The position numbers and the translations under genes are program-made. From assembly GCA_964480775.1 (NCBI GenBank), contig CAYZRF010000002.1:30001-62000 (forward strand): a stretch of DNA of 32,000 nucleotides, read 5' to 3'. The notes beneath the pieces are model-generated. The model was given only the letters and a program-made list of their open reading frames with translations, did no database searches and had not been told where the DNA came from. Source of the stretch: an uncultured Nitrososphaerota archaeon. Its GTDB lineage: Archaea > Korarchaeota > Korarchaeia > Korarchaeales > Korarchaeaceae. Positions 8,201-17,546 of the stretch are shown here, one piece after another. Every line of letters begins with the position of its first letter. Positions within the stretch are counted from its first letter, which is position 1.

Positions 8201-9280
8201 CTAACTGGCAAATCTCTTTGCTTTTCTGCTCCTATATAATTCAAGTATTTTCTCACTCAAAGCGTTAGCTAGCAAACTGATTCCAAGCCCTATCTCAGCA
8301 GAAATCTCGTAAAAGAATCTTTGTCTTTGCGTAAGTAATTCTTTACATCTTTCAACGTTCTCAGAAAACTGTGCCCACATATCCTTTTTGTTAAGTGCTA
8401 TCAACACATCTATGTCAGAAAAATTCCGAGAAATCTCTTCAAGTAACGATATCTGACTTTTTACCTCATATCCGCACGTTTCAGTAGGATCGATTAGGTA
8501 AACTATGAACCAAGCAAGACGTTTGAGAGCTAGAATTGCTTGAAGTTCTATCTTATTTCTTTCTGATAGTGGTCTATCCAGAAGACCTGGGGTATCTATG
8601 ATTTGTACCCTCAAGGCTCCTCCCATAAGGTAAAAATGCCCTACTAACAGGGATCTCGTCGTAAATGGGTAAGACGCAACCTCGGGCTTTCCTGACGAGA
8701 TCTTCCTAACCAATGTACTCTTACCAGTGTTGGGCATTCCTGCTATTACTATCGTGGGACTACCTACTTGGATATCTGGAACTGTTCTAAGTTTTTGGTA
8801 TGCTGTTCTTACTATATCAATATCTGATGAAACGGATTTTATTATCGATGAAATCCTCCCCATAGCCTCTTTTCTAATTTTTTCCATCTCTTTAAAGTCA
8901 TCTACACCCTTTAACCTCCCAATGTACTGTCTACTAATTCTTCTAGTCATTTTTCTTGCCCAGTCTATTCTACTCAAAGCCAGTCTCAACTTATCGACGC
9001 CAATCAACACATCAGATAGCTCTCTGTAAAATGGATGTAATGCGTCAAATGATGGAAACGAACGGATGACAGCGTTTAATCTACCAGAAACTATGTCAGC
9101 CATTGAAGCGATGCGACCTATTTCTCTCGTCCTAGCATTGTTGATGGGATCCCCGCTTTTCATGCTTTTCGGCTTGAAACTTCTCTTAAAAGCCAAATCT
9201 AAAAGTTCTTGAGCTTCAGGAGGGCATACTAGCGTGCTAAAAGGAGAAGCATAAATGCGTTCTTTCATTAGAATCTCCAA
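8201..9280 (-). CDS. Nog1-family GTPase
   Basis: G1 GMPNTGKST, G2 YPFTT, G3 DTPG, G4 NKKD, preceded by a NOG1-like N-terminal helical region. Confidence 0.85.
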   Translation of the reverse strand: MEILMKERIYASPFSTLVCPPEAQELLDLAFKRSFKPKSMKSGDPINNARTREIGRIASMADIVSGRLNAVIRSFPSFDALHPFYRELSDVLIGVDKLRLALSRIDWARKMTRRISRQYIGRLKGVDDFKEMEKIRKEAMGRISSIIKSVSSDIDIVRTAYQKLRTVPDIQVGSPTIVIAGMPNTGKSTLVRKISSGKPEVASYPFTTRSLLVGHFYLMGGALRVQIIDTPGLLDRPLSERNKIELQAILALKRLAWFIVYLIDPTETCGYEVKSQISLLEEISRNFSDIDVLIALNKKDMWAQFSENVERCKELLTQRQRFFYEISAEIGLGISLLANALSEKILELYRSRKAKRFAS

Positions 9281-9283
9281 GAA

Positions 9284-10414
9284 TTATTCTAGAAGGGCCC
9301 TAGACATGGCTTTAAGGTAGACCTTGGAGAGATTGAGGACAGAATCGAAGAGCACATATTCATCTCTAGAGTGTTGGTTCCCTCCCACCGGTCCTAGTAT
9401 TGGTAGAGCTATCTTACCCACCTGGTGGAGGTAATTAGCATCGCTAACAGTATGATAGAGTTCAACCTCTGGTTCTTTTCCGAGAACATCTGTATACGCT
9501 TGCTTCAACAAGAGGAAGGCAGGACTGTCCTCCGGAACCTGATATGGTGAGGCATAAGGTGTAGGTCTTTGCATTAGTCTTATTTCCGTATCTGCACGAA
9601 AGTCTGGTGCCTTTCTAAGATAAGAAACAAACCGCCTTTTTTCATCCTCGTCGGATCCCGAAGGATAGTGCCTGTCCATTCTAATAAGGCATTTTTCTGG
9701 GTGCGTAACTATGAATTCTTGGGATCTTATTGCAAGAGGAGCAACGCTTCCTTCTACTTTTGGTTTAGATGAGTATTTAACTGCCCAAAGAACAAGCTTG
9801 CAGGCCTCAATAACGGCGTTGACTCCTCTTTTTTCCGTTCCTACTGCAGCTCTGCCCTTAACTGTGATATCAAAAACGAGTCTGCCGTAGGCTCCCTTCA
9901 TAAGTTTCATCTGAGTGGGCTCACCTACCACTCCTAGCTCTATTCCCTTCAATTTACCACTTTTTGCTAATTGATATGTCCCTCTACTATATCCTTCTTC
10001 ATCACAGACAGAAGCGAAAGCAATTCGTCCCTTAAGCTCATCTTTTACATCTGAAATTGCCCTAAGTGCCTCTATCATGGCAGCAAGACTCGACTTGGAA
10101 TCCAAAGCCCCAATTCCATATACATGATTCCCGTCTATCTCTCCCCAAGGGTTCCTACTCCATCCCTCAAATAGCTCTATTGTATCCATATGACACATGA
10201 GTAGATATTTTAGAGGCTCATCTTCGGGCCCAAAATATGCTATAACGTTCCCACCACAGCCCTCTACTGGTTGTCTTTCCACTTTGTTGGCTATTTTCGC
10301 CAACTCACTTATTAAAAAGTCTGCTAGCTCGACCTCTCTTGAGAAGAAGCTTTTAATCGAAATTATCTCCAGCAACAAATCCTTTAATCTGTTTGAGTTA
10401 ATTTCCAAACTCAT
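9284..10414 (-). CDS. M20-family metallopeptidase/deacylase (ArgE/DapE/LysK-like)
   Basis: HMDTI, GALDSKSS and CDEEG metal-ligand motifs typical of M20. Confidence 0.75.
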   Translation of the reverse strand: MSLEINSNRLKDLLLEIISIKSFFSREVELADFLISELAKIANKVERQPVEGCGGNVIAYFGPEDEPLKYLLMCHMDTIELFEGWSRNPWGEIDGNHVYGIGALDSKSSLAAMIEALRAISDVKDELKGRIAFASVCDEEGYSRGTYQLAKSGKLKGIELGVVGEPTQMKLMKGAYGRLVFDITVKGRAAVGTEKRGVNAVIEACKLVLWAVKYSSKPKVEGSVAPLAIRSQEFIVTHPEKCLIRMDRHYPSGSDEDEKRRFVSYLRKAPDFRADTEIRLMQRPTPYASPYQVPEDSPAFLLLKQAYTDVLGKEPEVELYHTVSDANYLHQVGKIALPILGPVGGNQHSRDEYVLFDSVLNLSKVYLKAMSRALLE

Positions 10415-10434
10415 GAGACCCTTCCCCCTGGCTT

Positions 10435-11046
10435 CTATGCTAACTTAAGAGGAATGAATTTCTCGATTTTGCCTTCTTTACCTATGAATAAGATGTCAAT
10501 ACCATCTCCTGACAACGCATCTCTCTCAATAGCTCCTCTCATAGCTCTTTCAGCAACCTTTATAGCTTCCTCGCTGCTCATATCTGGAGAGTAAGAGCGT
10601 TCTAGAATACCTATAGCGAGTTTTGCGCCCGAGCCTACTGCTGCATACTTGTCCTCGAGTGAACTGCCCGCAGGGTCTAATACAAATAGCCTGGGTAAGT
10701 CGTCTTCTAGGCCACCCACTATCATCTCTGCAAAATAGGGAGAGTACATTCTCCTTTGATACAATATTACAGACAGAATTCGAGCTATATTAGAGGGTTT
10801 TGCCCTTCTTCTGGTGTCTAGTTCATATAGTCGCACGTTGAAAATGAGACTATCAACTAGAGATTGAAAATCAGCAGGAATACCAGCAGAAGCAACTCCT
10901 ACCACATCATTTAGAGTAAAGACCTTTTTCACAGATTTACTAAGTATGTATCCATCTCCGTAAGAGACTCTTCTATCTGCTGAAAGCACTACTCCATCCT
11001 TAGTCACAAGACCAATGGCGGTTGCTAGTACCATGTGTATCTCCAC
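10435..11046 (-). CDS. psmB: Proteasome beta subunit
   Basis: Short propeptide followed by TTAIGL-type TAIGLVTKDGVVLSADRR. GSGA motif present. Confidence 0.93.
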   Translation of the reverse strand: MEIHMVLATAIGLVTKDGVVLSADRRVSYGDGYILSKSVKKVFTLNDVVGVASAGIPADFQSLVDSLIFNVRLYELDTRRRAKPSNIARILSVILYQRRMYSPYFAEMIVGGLEDDLPRLFVLDPAGSSLEDKYAAVGSGAKLAIGILERSYSPDMSSEEAIKVAERAMRGAIERDALSGDGIDILFIGKEGKIEKFIPLKLA

Positions 11047-11143
11047 AATTCATTGATGCTATGAAATTAAATCTTAGCGGTAGTTTACCTCGGAAAGGTA
11101 AATTGTTGAAAAGCCTTAAGTTTTGGATCTTCAAAAGAGAGAA

Positions 11144-11234
11144 AGCCCCGGGCGGGATTCGAACCCGCGACCTCCGCCTTTTTGAGTCTTCTTAACTTAC
11201 CAAGGCGGCGCTCCGCCGGCTGAGCTACCGGGGC
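11144..11234 (-). tRNA. tRNA-Thr (anticodon GGU) with an 18-nt intron at 37/38 (about 11180-11197)
   Basis: Acceptor GCCCCGG/CCGGGGC, D arm GCUC..GAGC, anticodon stem CCGCC/GGCGG, loop UUGGUA|intron|A, T arm GCGGG-UUCGAAU-CCCGC. The intron folds as BHB (UUGG/UCAA central helix with 3-nt bulges). Confidence 0.9.
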
Positions 11235-11260
11235 AACCATGCTTTGATGTATTCTTCATT

Positions 11261-11270
11261 TGTTTAAAAA
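11261..11270 (-). promoter_or_regulatory. TATA-like box upstream of tRNA-Thr
   Basis: The minus strand reads TTTTTAAACA about 27-36 nt upstream of the tRNA 5' end. Confidence 0.35.
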
Positions 11271-11331
11271 TGTTGTTTAATCTATCCTTAGAGCCAAGTT
11301 ATAAATTCAAATCTCTTTTATCTTCTTTTGA

Positions 11332-11712
11332 TTATTTTTCTGCTTTGCTTCGATGTTCTACGGTTCCTAAAGCTGAAATTATCAAATGATAATGTATGTT
11401 CCTAAAACCAGCTTTCAATAACACTTTCTCTAACTCATGGCTAAACTGGCACGGATGTTTGCATACCGGAGGCATTTTAGCCTTAAAAGCGACTAACTTC
11501 CATTCTTCAATTAAATTTGTCTCTGGTAGATCAGTTATGGAATAAAGAAAAGCAAGCACAAGATCTGAGACGAGTTTTAGAGCTCTTTCGCTTCGAATTC
11601 CTCTCATAAGTGCTGCTTTCCTAATTGTTTCTCTTAACTCGGACTCATTTAAGAAATAACAACCTCTATCCCCTTTCTGTTCATTCAATGCTCCAAACAG
11701 AATGAGACTCAT
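11332..11712 (-). CDS. Hypothetical protein; possible HEPN/DUF86-like (RNxxxH)
   Basis: 126-aa ORF between two tRNA genes. The only recognisable element is GFRNIHYH (R-N-x3-H) in the C-terminal third. Confidence 0.45.
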   Translation of the reverse strand: MSLILFGALNEQKGDRGCYFLNESELRETIRKAALMRGIRSERALKLVSDLVLAFLYSITDLPETNLIEEWKLVAFKAKMPPVCKHPCQFSHELEKVLLKAGFRNIHYHLIISALGTVEHRSKAEK

Positions 11713-11829
11713 GACATTAAATACTTGCTATCAAAGGAAGGAGCTTCGATATGCTGTGAAATTAGTATTCATAAGTTCCATAAACAAGAGGCATAAATAA
11801 CGAGGCTATACTAGGTCTATGGGTTGAAA

Positions 11830-11920
11830 TGCGGCCGCCGGGATTTGAACCCGGGTCTGGGGCTATCCTCAAATGCTTTCTTGGAGGGCCCCCATCCTAT
11901 CCAGGCTGGACTACGGCCGC
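11830..11920 (-). tRNA. tRNA-Gly (anticodon UCC) with a 17-nt intron at 37/38 (11865-11881)
   Basis: Acceptor GCGGCCG/CGGCCGC (C2-G71, G3-C70), discriminator A, D arm GUCC..GGAU, anticodon stem GGGGC/GCCCC, T arm CCGGG-UUCAAAU-CCCGG. BHB has CCUC/GAGG central helix, 3-nt bulges and a GAA/UUU outer helix. The loop reads C-C-UCC-A-A, giving C at position 33. Confidence 0.8.
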
Positions 11921-11943
11921 TCAGATACTCATAGTTGGAGGAG

Positions 11944-11955
11944 ATTAAAATTTTT
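11944..11955 (-). promoter_or_regulatory. TATA-like box upstream of tRNA-Gly
   Basis: The minus strand reads AAAAATTTTAAT about 24-35 nt upstream of the tRNA 5' end. Confidence 0.35.
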
Positions 11956-11973
11956 CTCTCATTGAAAAAGGGC

Positions 11974-13230
11974 TCAATATCTGTACTCTTTACCTCCTTG
12001 AATAAAACCGTAACCTACCAACCTCCACCTACCGCTAATCCTCATAGAAACAGCCATTCTTTGTCCGATATCTGCGCAAATCGGAATCTTTAATCTTAAG
12101 CCGTAAACATCTTCGGCGCCCTTTGACTCGACTATCGCTGGAACCGTCGCTGTTCCAACGTTGAGTTCAATTAATGTCCTTACCTCGGGTTTTCGCACGC
12201 TCAACTCTTCTTTTAGTCCCACAACCCTCTCTAGAAAAACGCACTTTGCATCTACGTACTCCCAAACGGGTGGAAGTTCTCCTGGAAGTCCAACTACATT
12301 TCCTACCATGTAGTCTGCTTTAGTTAGCGCCGGATCCAGCTTCGTTCCGACACCAATAAGACCACCAGGTCTAGCATATTCCAAATCAATGTTTTCGCTT
12401 CTCAGGCTTGTTATTTCAGTTGTAAGGGGTCGATACTTTCCTTCATGATATAGACCAGGGAGAATTTCGATTTCATCACCGACCTTAAACTGTCCTTGTA
12501 TTATTGTACCACCTAGAACTCCTCCTTTTAGCTTTTCTGGCCGAGTTCCTGGTTTATTTACATCAAAGGACCTGGCAACATACATTTGGGGTGGAAGCTT
12601 TGGGTCTCTTTCGGGGGGCTTGAACCTCTCTACCATCTCTTTAATCAAGTACCCGAGATTCACCCCATGTAGTGCAGAAACTGGTACTACGGGAGGAACT
12701 TCTTCCAATTCAGAGGAGAGATACTCAACTATTGCTTCATAGTGCTTTACAGCTTCTTCATCAGAGACTAATTCTATTTTGGTTTGTACAGCTATTATCT
12801 GCTTTACCCCCATTATCTTTAGAGCCACTAGATGTTCTCTAGTCTGTGGCTGAGGAACTGGCTCATTGGAAGCTATAACTAATAAAGCTGCATCCATTAG
12901 AGTAGAACCAGCCAACATAGTTGCCATAAGTGTGTCGTGTCCTGGGCAATCAACGAACGAAATCTTTCTCAATAATATAGTTTCAGATCCATCTTTAGGG
13001 CATTTTTTCCTTGTAGTATAACACTCGGGGTCATCTTCAGGGCATTTGGAACACTTTCTCAACTCAGCATTTGCGTATCCCAACTTTATGGTAATGCCTC
13101 TCCTTAACTCCTCACTGTGCTTTTCAGGCCATATTCCTGTTAAAGCCTGTACAAGCGTAGATTTTCCATGATCTACATGTCCAGCAGTACCTATATTCAT
13201 TTCTGGTTGTTTTGGTTCTTCTTTACTCAT
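11974..13230 (-). CDS. eif2g: Translation initiation factor aIF2 gamma subunit
   Basis: NIGTAGHVDHGKSTLVQALTG, zinc-knuckle CSKCP..C..CP, DCPGH. The ORF extends to 13275. ATG 13230 (MSKEEPKQPEMNIGT) is the plausible start and overlaps the rps6e stop by 8 nt. Confidence 0.95.
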   Translation of the reverse strand: MSKEEPKQPEMNIGTAGHVDHGKSTLVQALTGIWPEKHSEELRRGITIKLGYANAELRKCSKCPEDDPECYTTRKKCPKDGSETILLRKISFVDCPGHDTLMATMLAGSTLMDAALLVIASNEPVPQPQTREHLVALKIMGVKQIIAVQTKIELVSDEEAVKHYEAIVEYLSSELEEVPPVVPVSALHGVNLGYLIKEMVERFKPPERDPKLPPQMYVARSFDVNKPGTRPEKLKGGVLGGTIIQGQFKVGDEIEILPGLYHEGKYRPLTTEITSLRSENIDLEYARPGGLIGVGTKLDPALTKADYMVGNVVGLPGELPPVWEYVDAKCVFLERVVGLKEELSVRKPEVRTLIELNVGTATVPAIVESKGAEDVYGLRLKIPICADIGQRMAVSMRISGRWRLVGYGFIQGGKEYRY

Positions 13231-13642
13231 TCTTCTTATCTTCCCCTCCTCCCTTCTCTTCCTCCTTTTTTCCAAGATAGCTATCTAAGGGCTGTGGTCC
13301 CCACTCTATCACCTTTAGGTTAATTTGTTTTACATCTTCGAGCAATATATTTCCACGGACTAATTTAGTCCTTCTGTCTCCCTTGTGTTTAGGTCTAAAG
13401 CCCGGTCCTTCAGATAGAAGTATTTTCTTCCTTATTGTCCCATGTACTCCTGGGTGGAGGGGGAAGCCGTCTTTGTCTCTACCTCCGGTGATTTTCAGCC
13501 TATACCCAGGCAAGCCTATGGGTTCTCCAGGAATAATGTCTCCTATTTTCTTACCCATCAGAGCACTGGTTTTCTCCTTATCTAAGTCTAATCTATAAGT
13601 TTTTCCTGTCTTAGGGTCGCCTATACATAGAATAAACTCCAT
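13223..13642 (-). CDS. rps6e: Ribosomal protein S6e
   Basis: GYRLKITGGRDKDGFP and a lysine-rich C-terminus. Confidence 0.93.
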   Translation of the reverse strand: MEFILCIGDPKTGKTYRLDLDKEKTSALMGKKIGDIIPGEPIGLPGYRLKITGGRDKDGFPLHPGVHGTIRKKILLSEGPGFRPKHKGDRRTKLVRGNILLEDVKQINLKVIEWGPQPLDSYLGKKEEEKGGGEDKKNE

Positions 13643-13675
13643 TTTCCAACCTCCTCTCTTTTACTTTTGACATTA

Positions 13676-15511
13676 TTAAGGTTCAACTCCTTCTTCAAGA
13701 TTTAATTTTAGTTCTAATATCCTCTGATAAAGTTCTTTCTCTTCCTCAGATAGAACAGAGAAGAAAATACTCCTAGATTTTGGATCATATATTGGCTTAA
13801 CATCTGAGTAAAGAATTTGCCCCTCCTTTACATTTCTACCAACAGTAGCTCCTCTAATCGAAATAGCTACCTCTTGACCAGCTATAGCCTGCATTTTTCT
13901 GATTCCCTCTTCTTGTATTTCCATAACAATGCCCACCCTTTTCCCTCTCTCATTTAATAGGTAAGTTGAAGGTTGTAGCTTTCCCTTTAGTATTCTAACA
14001 CCTACAATGGCTGGATTGCTCCTTCTAAATACGTATCCAGGAAGAACCTCTAATTCACAAGGATAAACAAGACTAGACAGCACCCTTAACTTCTCTTCTT
14101 CCCTTAGTTTCTCCAAATATTCTTCTAATTTTTCTATTAACCCATAAATCACGACATCTTCTATTAAAACGATCTGGTCTTTCTCTAACTCCCTCTTTAA
14201 TTGACTTGGCACCTTTACGTTAAAAGCCAGGATGATTCCATATTTTTCATCTTCTTTCTTAACAATAACGGCCTCAAAGATATCTTTTTTAGTTATATCA
14301 CCAATATTTGCCTTTCTTATAGGTATATTCCTCTCTCTAAGTTGATTAACTATGGCTTCTAAGGACCCTAAGGTATCGGCTTTTATGATGATGCCGACCC
14401 GATCTGTTGATATTAAGATCTCGCCAATTTCTTCCCTGATTTCATTTATTGCCTCACCAAGTAGGCTGGAATCTCTGACCACAATTAGAGGAGATCCAGC
14501 AATTGCCTTGTCTAAGCCTGGTCCTGCTATCATGATGCCTGATGCTGCTTTTACCTCATCAACGTTTTGAAACCTAGATCTAGGCGTGACTCTAATCTCT
14601 GCCAAAGGCTTTGGTCTAAGTAAAGCCCTCACATTAGTGACTATGGGGCCAGCAGTTCCTCCTAAGACTATGGTGTCGCCTTTCCTAATGGTTCCATCAT
14701 AAATAATAGCGGTTAAGACTGTACCTAAACCTGGTTCCTCTTTAACCTCCAGAACCGTTCCTAAACCTGGACCGCCTGATAATCTGAGTCTATCAAGCAT
14801 AAACCTTTGAACAAGGCCCAACAGTATGGCTAGTAGATCAGGTACGCCCTCTCCTGTTAGCGCGCTTGTTGGAACTACGGAAAGAACCTTAGTGAAGTCT
14901 TTGACTCTATCATATCTTTCTGCCTCAAAACCCAGCTCGGCAAGCTGATCTATGACCCTTGACAGCCTTTTCTCTAACTCTATCTGAACATTTGGGCTTT
15001 GTTTTCTAAAAGATTCAATAAAAGACAGTTTTGAGTGAGATTTCCAACCACTTAAAGCATCTATCTTATTTAGAGCTACAACGAATGGTGTTTTACGTTC
15101 CTTCAAAATATTAATTGACTCCATTGTCTGAGGTTGAACACCCGAGATAATGTCAATGACTAAAATAGCTATGTCAGCTACAGAACCACCTCTTCGCCTA
15201 AGGTTTGTGAAGGCCTCATGTCCTGGAAGATCAATAAATAAGAGTCCTCTTGTTTTTAGCTCAAACTTTAGCCCAAGTAGTGAAAAAACAGGTCCGCATA
15301 TCTCTTTCAGGACAGAGGCAGGAATCTCAGAGGCACCTATATGTTGCGTTATAGATCCTGGTTCTTTGGCCGTTACACGTGTCTTGCGGATAAAATCAAG
15401 TAATGTAGTTTTTCCTGAATCCACATGTCCTAGAACCGCTACGATGGGCTGTCTAAACTCAGCGCTAAATGTTTCATTTTTGTCAATCATCTCCTCAGAG
15501 GGACAATTCAT
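13676..15511 (-). CDS. infB: Translation initiation factor aIF5B (IF-2 type GTPase)
   Basis: [28 protein letters not shown], with the four-domain length. Confidence 0.95.
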   Translation of the reverse strand: MNCPSEEMIDKNETFSAEFRQPIVAVLGHVDSGKTTLLDFIRKTRVTAKEPGSITQHIGASEIPASVLKEICGPVFSLLGLKFELKTRGLLFIDLPGHEAFTNLRRRGGSVADIAILVIDIISGVQPQTMESINILKERKTPFVVALNKIDALSGWKSHSKLSFIESFRKQSPNVQIELEKRLSRVIDQLAELGFEAERYDRVKDFTKVLSVVPTSALTGEGVPDLLAILLGLVQRFMLDRLRLSGGPGLGTVLEVKEEPGLGTVLTAIIYDGTIRKGDTIVLGGTAGPIVTNVRALLRPKPLAEIRVTPRSRFQNVDEVKAASGIMIAGPGLDKAIAGSPLIVVRDSSLLGEAINEIREEIGEILISTDRVGIIIKADTLGSLEAIVNQLRERNIPIRKANIGDITKKDIFEAVIVKKEDEKYGIILAFNVKVPSQLKRELEKDQIVLIEDVVIYGLIEKLEEYLEKLREEEKLRVLSSLVYPCELEVLPGYVFRRSNPAIVGVRILKGKLQPSTYLLNERGKRVGIVMEIQEEGIRKMQAIAGQEVAISIRGATVGRNVKEGQILYSDVKPIYDPKSRSIFFSVLSEEEKELYQRILELKLNLEEGVEP

Positions 15512-15717
15512 GTCTTAATAGACCTCTCTTTCTTCTTTCTGTACTCTAAAGTCCATTTAACCTTTTCAGGGCTTCTTTTAAGCCTTAAAGCATTTTTAGA
15601 GCATTTTGATGAGCAAAACAATAAAATACGTCCATCGTTCCTTACATACATGAGCCCAGTCCCTGGTTCAACTTCTTTTCCACAGAAAGCACATTTTCTT
15701 AACAGAACTGACGCCAA
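15508..15717 (-). CDS. rpl24e: Ribosomal protein L24e
   Basis: [31 protein letters not shown]. Confidence 0.93.
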   Translation of the reverse strand: MASVLLRKCAFCGKEVEPGTGLMYVRNDGRILLFCSSKCSKNALRLKRSPEKVKWTLEYRKKKERSIKT

Positions 15718-15759
15718 TTCTCACACCATCCCTTACAAGCACAATATCTAGTGAAAAAA

Positions 15760-15972
15760 TCATCTTGGTTTTAGCCTTCGAGCTTCAATCTCGGTTTCTC
15801 TAAGCAGCAATATGTCACCAATTCTCACGGGACCCGCCACGTTTCTAGTCAATACCCTTCCTCTATCCTTTCCAGCAAGTATTTTAGCTCGAACTTGCGT
15901 TATTCCGCCCGCAACTCCAGTTCTTCCAATTATTTCAACAACTTCTGCTGGATAAGCCTCATCTTCTGACAT
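15760..15972 (-). CDS. rps28e: Ribosomal protein S28e
   Basis: [48 protein letters not shown]. Confidence 0.95.
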   Translation of the reverse strand: MSEDEAYPAEVVEIIGRTGVAGGITQVRAKILAGKDRGRVLTRNVAGPVRIGDILLLRETEIEARRLKPR

Positions 15973-16021
15973 CTTTCACACCAAGTAAAGAAATTATTAG
16001 AGTGACTCTTATTCTTTCCGT

Positions 16022-16402
16022 CTATTTAAGCTCCTTAATCTTATCTATTATGGCCTTCATCAAATTTTCTGCTTGTCCGGGATCGGTAATGGCCACAGAT
16101 GATGCTGAGACATCTATTCCCGCCTTTTTGCCAAGCTCTTTCTTGCTAGGAACAAAAGTATATGGCACATCTCTTTCTTCACATAGAATGGGAAGATGGG
16201 CCACTATCTCGGGCGGATCTACATCTTCTGCTATTATTACTAGCTTAGCCTCTCCTCTTTCCACCATCTTTGTAGTTTCATTGATTCCCTTCCTAACTTT
16301 TCCATCTGTAGTTCTTACGAGTTCTACTAGCTCGTATATCTTCGAAACTATATCTTCAGGTACCTCATACTTAACGTAGAAGGGTTTGTCACTTGGGTTC
16401 AT
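16022..16402 (-). CDS. rpl7ae: Ribosomal protein L7Ae (K-turn binding)
   Basis: [45 protein letters not shown]. Confidence 0.95.
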   Translation of the reverse strand: MNPSDKPFYVKYEVPEDIVSKIYELVELVRTTDGKVRKGINETTKMVERGEAKLVIIAEDVDPPEIVAHLPILCEERDVPYTFVPSKKELGKKAGIDVSASSVAITDPGQAENLMKAIIDKIKELK

Positions 16403-16448
16403 CCTTCATTCCCTCCTCTAGGATCTTCACTTGAAGTCATACACCTTA

Positions 16449-17546
16449 TTAAAAGTTCCTCGTATTTTGAGGCACTTGCTTCATTAGGCCTCTACACAAA
16501 ACCCAGTTTAATAACCTTCCTTTCAATAAGTATCTCTTTCTTCTCTTAAATTGTGCAAGATCTGAAGCTCCAGAAAGAGCTAAAGCGGTCTTCATCTCAA
16601 CCACAAATTGATTGAGTAGCTGGAGGATTGCTGTTTTTCCTCCGCTATAATAAGCTCTAAGAAATGGTAAAGCCGCCCCTGAGTAATTCGCTCCAAGAAT
16701 AATACATTTAGAGGCATCTAATCCGTTTCGAACCCCACCAGATCCGATGATAAATACGTTCTCCGTAGCTGAAACTGCCTCTATTATGCTAGCTGGGGTA
16801 GGGACCCCCCATGTTTCAAATGTTCTTGCAAGAGATTTAATGAGACTTCCTTCTTGGCTTCTATATCCTTCTATGATGGTCCAGTTAGTACCACCCAAAC
16901 CAGCAACATCTAGGCCAGCAATCCCCGTAGCCTCTAGCAGGGCTGCTGTTTCTTTTGATATCCCAACCCCAATTTCTTTAACTATTACGGGGACATCAAG
17001 CAGGTCAACTAGATCAGTTAAGGCGTCTAATAGGCCTTTGAATGATGAAGATCCTTCTGGTTGTATTATCTCCTGCAAAAGATTAAGGTGAATAGCCAGA
17101 GCATCAGCCTCAACCATGTTAATGGCTTTGGAAGCGTTTTCAACACCCGAAGTTCCAATTATGTGACTTGCACCGAGGTTGGCAATGATTGGGATGTCTG
17201 GAGCAGCATCTCTTGCGACCCTGAAAGTCGAGGATAGAGAGGGATCCTCTAAAGCAGCTCTCTGGCTTCCTAAACCTAATGGAATACTGACCTCTCCCGC
17301 TGCCTCAGCAAGAGCGATATTTATTTCTTTAGCCTTCTCATGCCCTCCAGTCATTCCCTCGATGATAATAGGAGCCGAAATTTTCTTTCCTAAGAAATCT
17401 ACGCTTAATTTAACGTTCTCTGGAGAAACTTCAGATGCTGCCGAATGCAGAAGGATTACGTCTTCAAACCAATTCCACTCCTTAGATTCTACATTCTTTT
17501 CCTTAGCTATCATTAAATGACTTAACTTTCTTTCAGAGGTCTTCAT
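16449..17546 (-). CDS. fni: Isopentenyl-diphosphate delta-isomerase, type 2 (FMN-dependent)
   Basis: TIM-barrel FMN oxidoreductase pattern with VIVKEIGVGIS and GSGGVRNGLD. Lies in the conserved archaeal rps2/isoprenoid neighbourhood. Confidence 0.9.
   Translation of the reverse strand: MKTSERKLSHLMIAKEKNVESKEWNWFEDVILLHSAASEVSPENVKLSVDFLGKKISAPIIIEGMTGGHEKAKEINIALAEAAGEVSIPLGLGSQRAALEDPSLSSTFRVARDAAPDIPIIANLGASHIIGTSGVENASKAINMVEADALAIHLNLLQEIIQPEGSSSFKGLLDALTDLVDLLDVPVIVKEIGVGISKETAALLEATGIAGLDVAGLGGTNWTIIEGYRSQEGSLIKSLARTFETWGVPTPASIIEAVSATENVFIIGSGGVRNGLDASKCIILGANYSGAALPFLRAYYSGGKTAILQLLNQFVVEMKTALALSGASDLAQFKRRKRYLLKGRLLNWVLCRGLMKQVPQNTRNF

Noticed and set aside
11084-11102. Hairpin TTTACCT-cggaa-AGGTAAA between tRNA-Thr and psmB
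   Set aside because: It is a 7-bp A/T-rich stem in an AT-rich spacer, with no second copy seen and no clear link to either gene. It could be a psmB leader element, but it cannot be distinguished from chance.
16403-16448. Possible K-turn in the rpl7ae 5' leader (L7Ae autoregulation)
   Set aside because: The leader contains a short CUUC/GAAG hairpin and a GGAGG SD. I could not place tandem G.A pairs with a 3-nt bulge, so the structure is too weak to claim.
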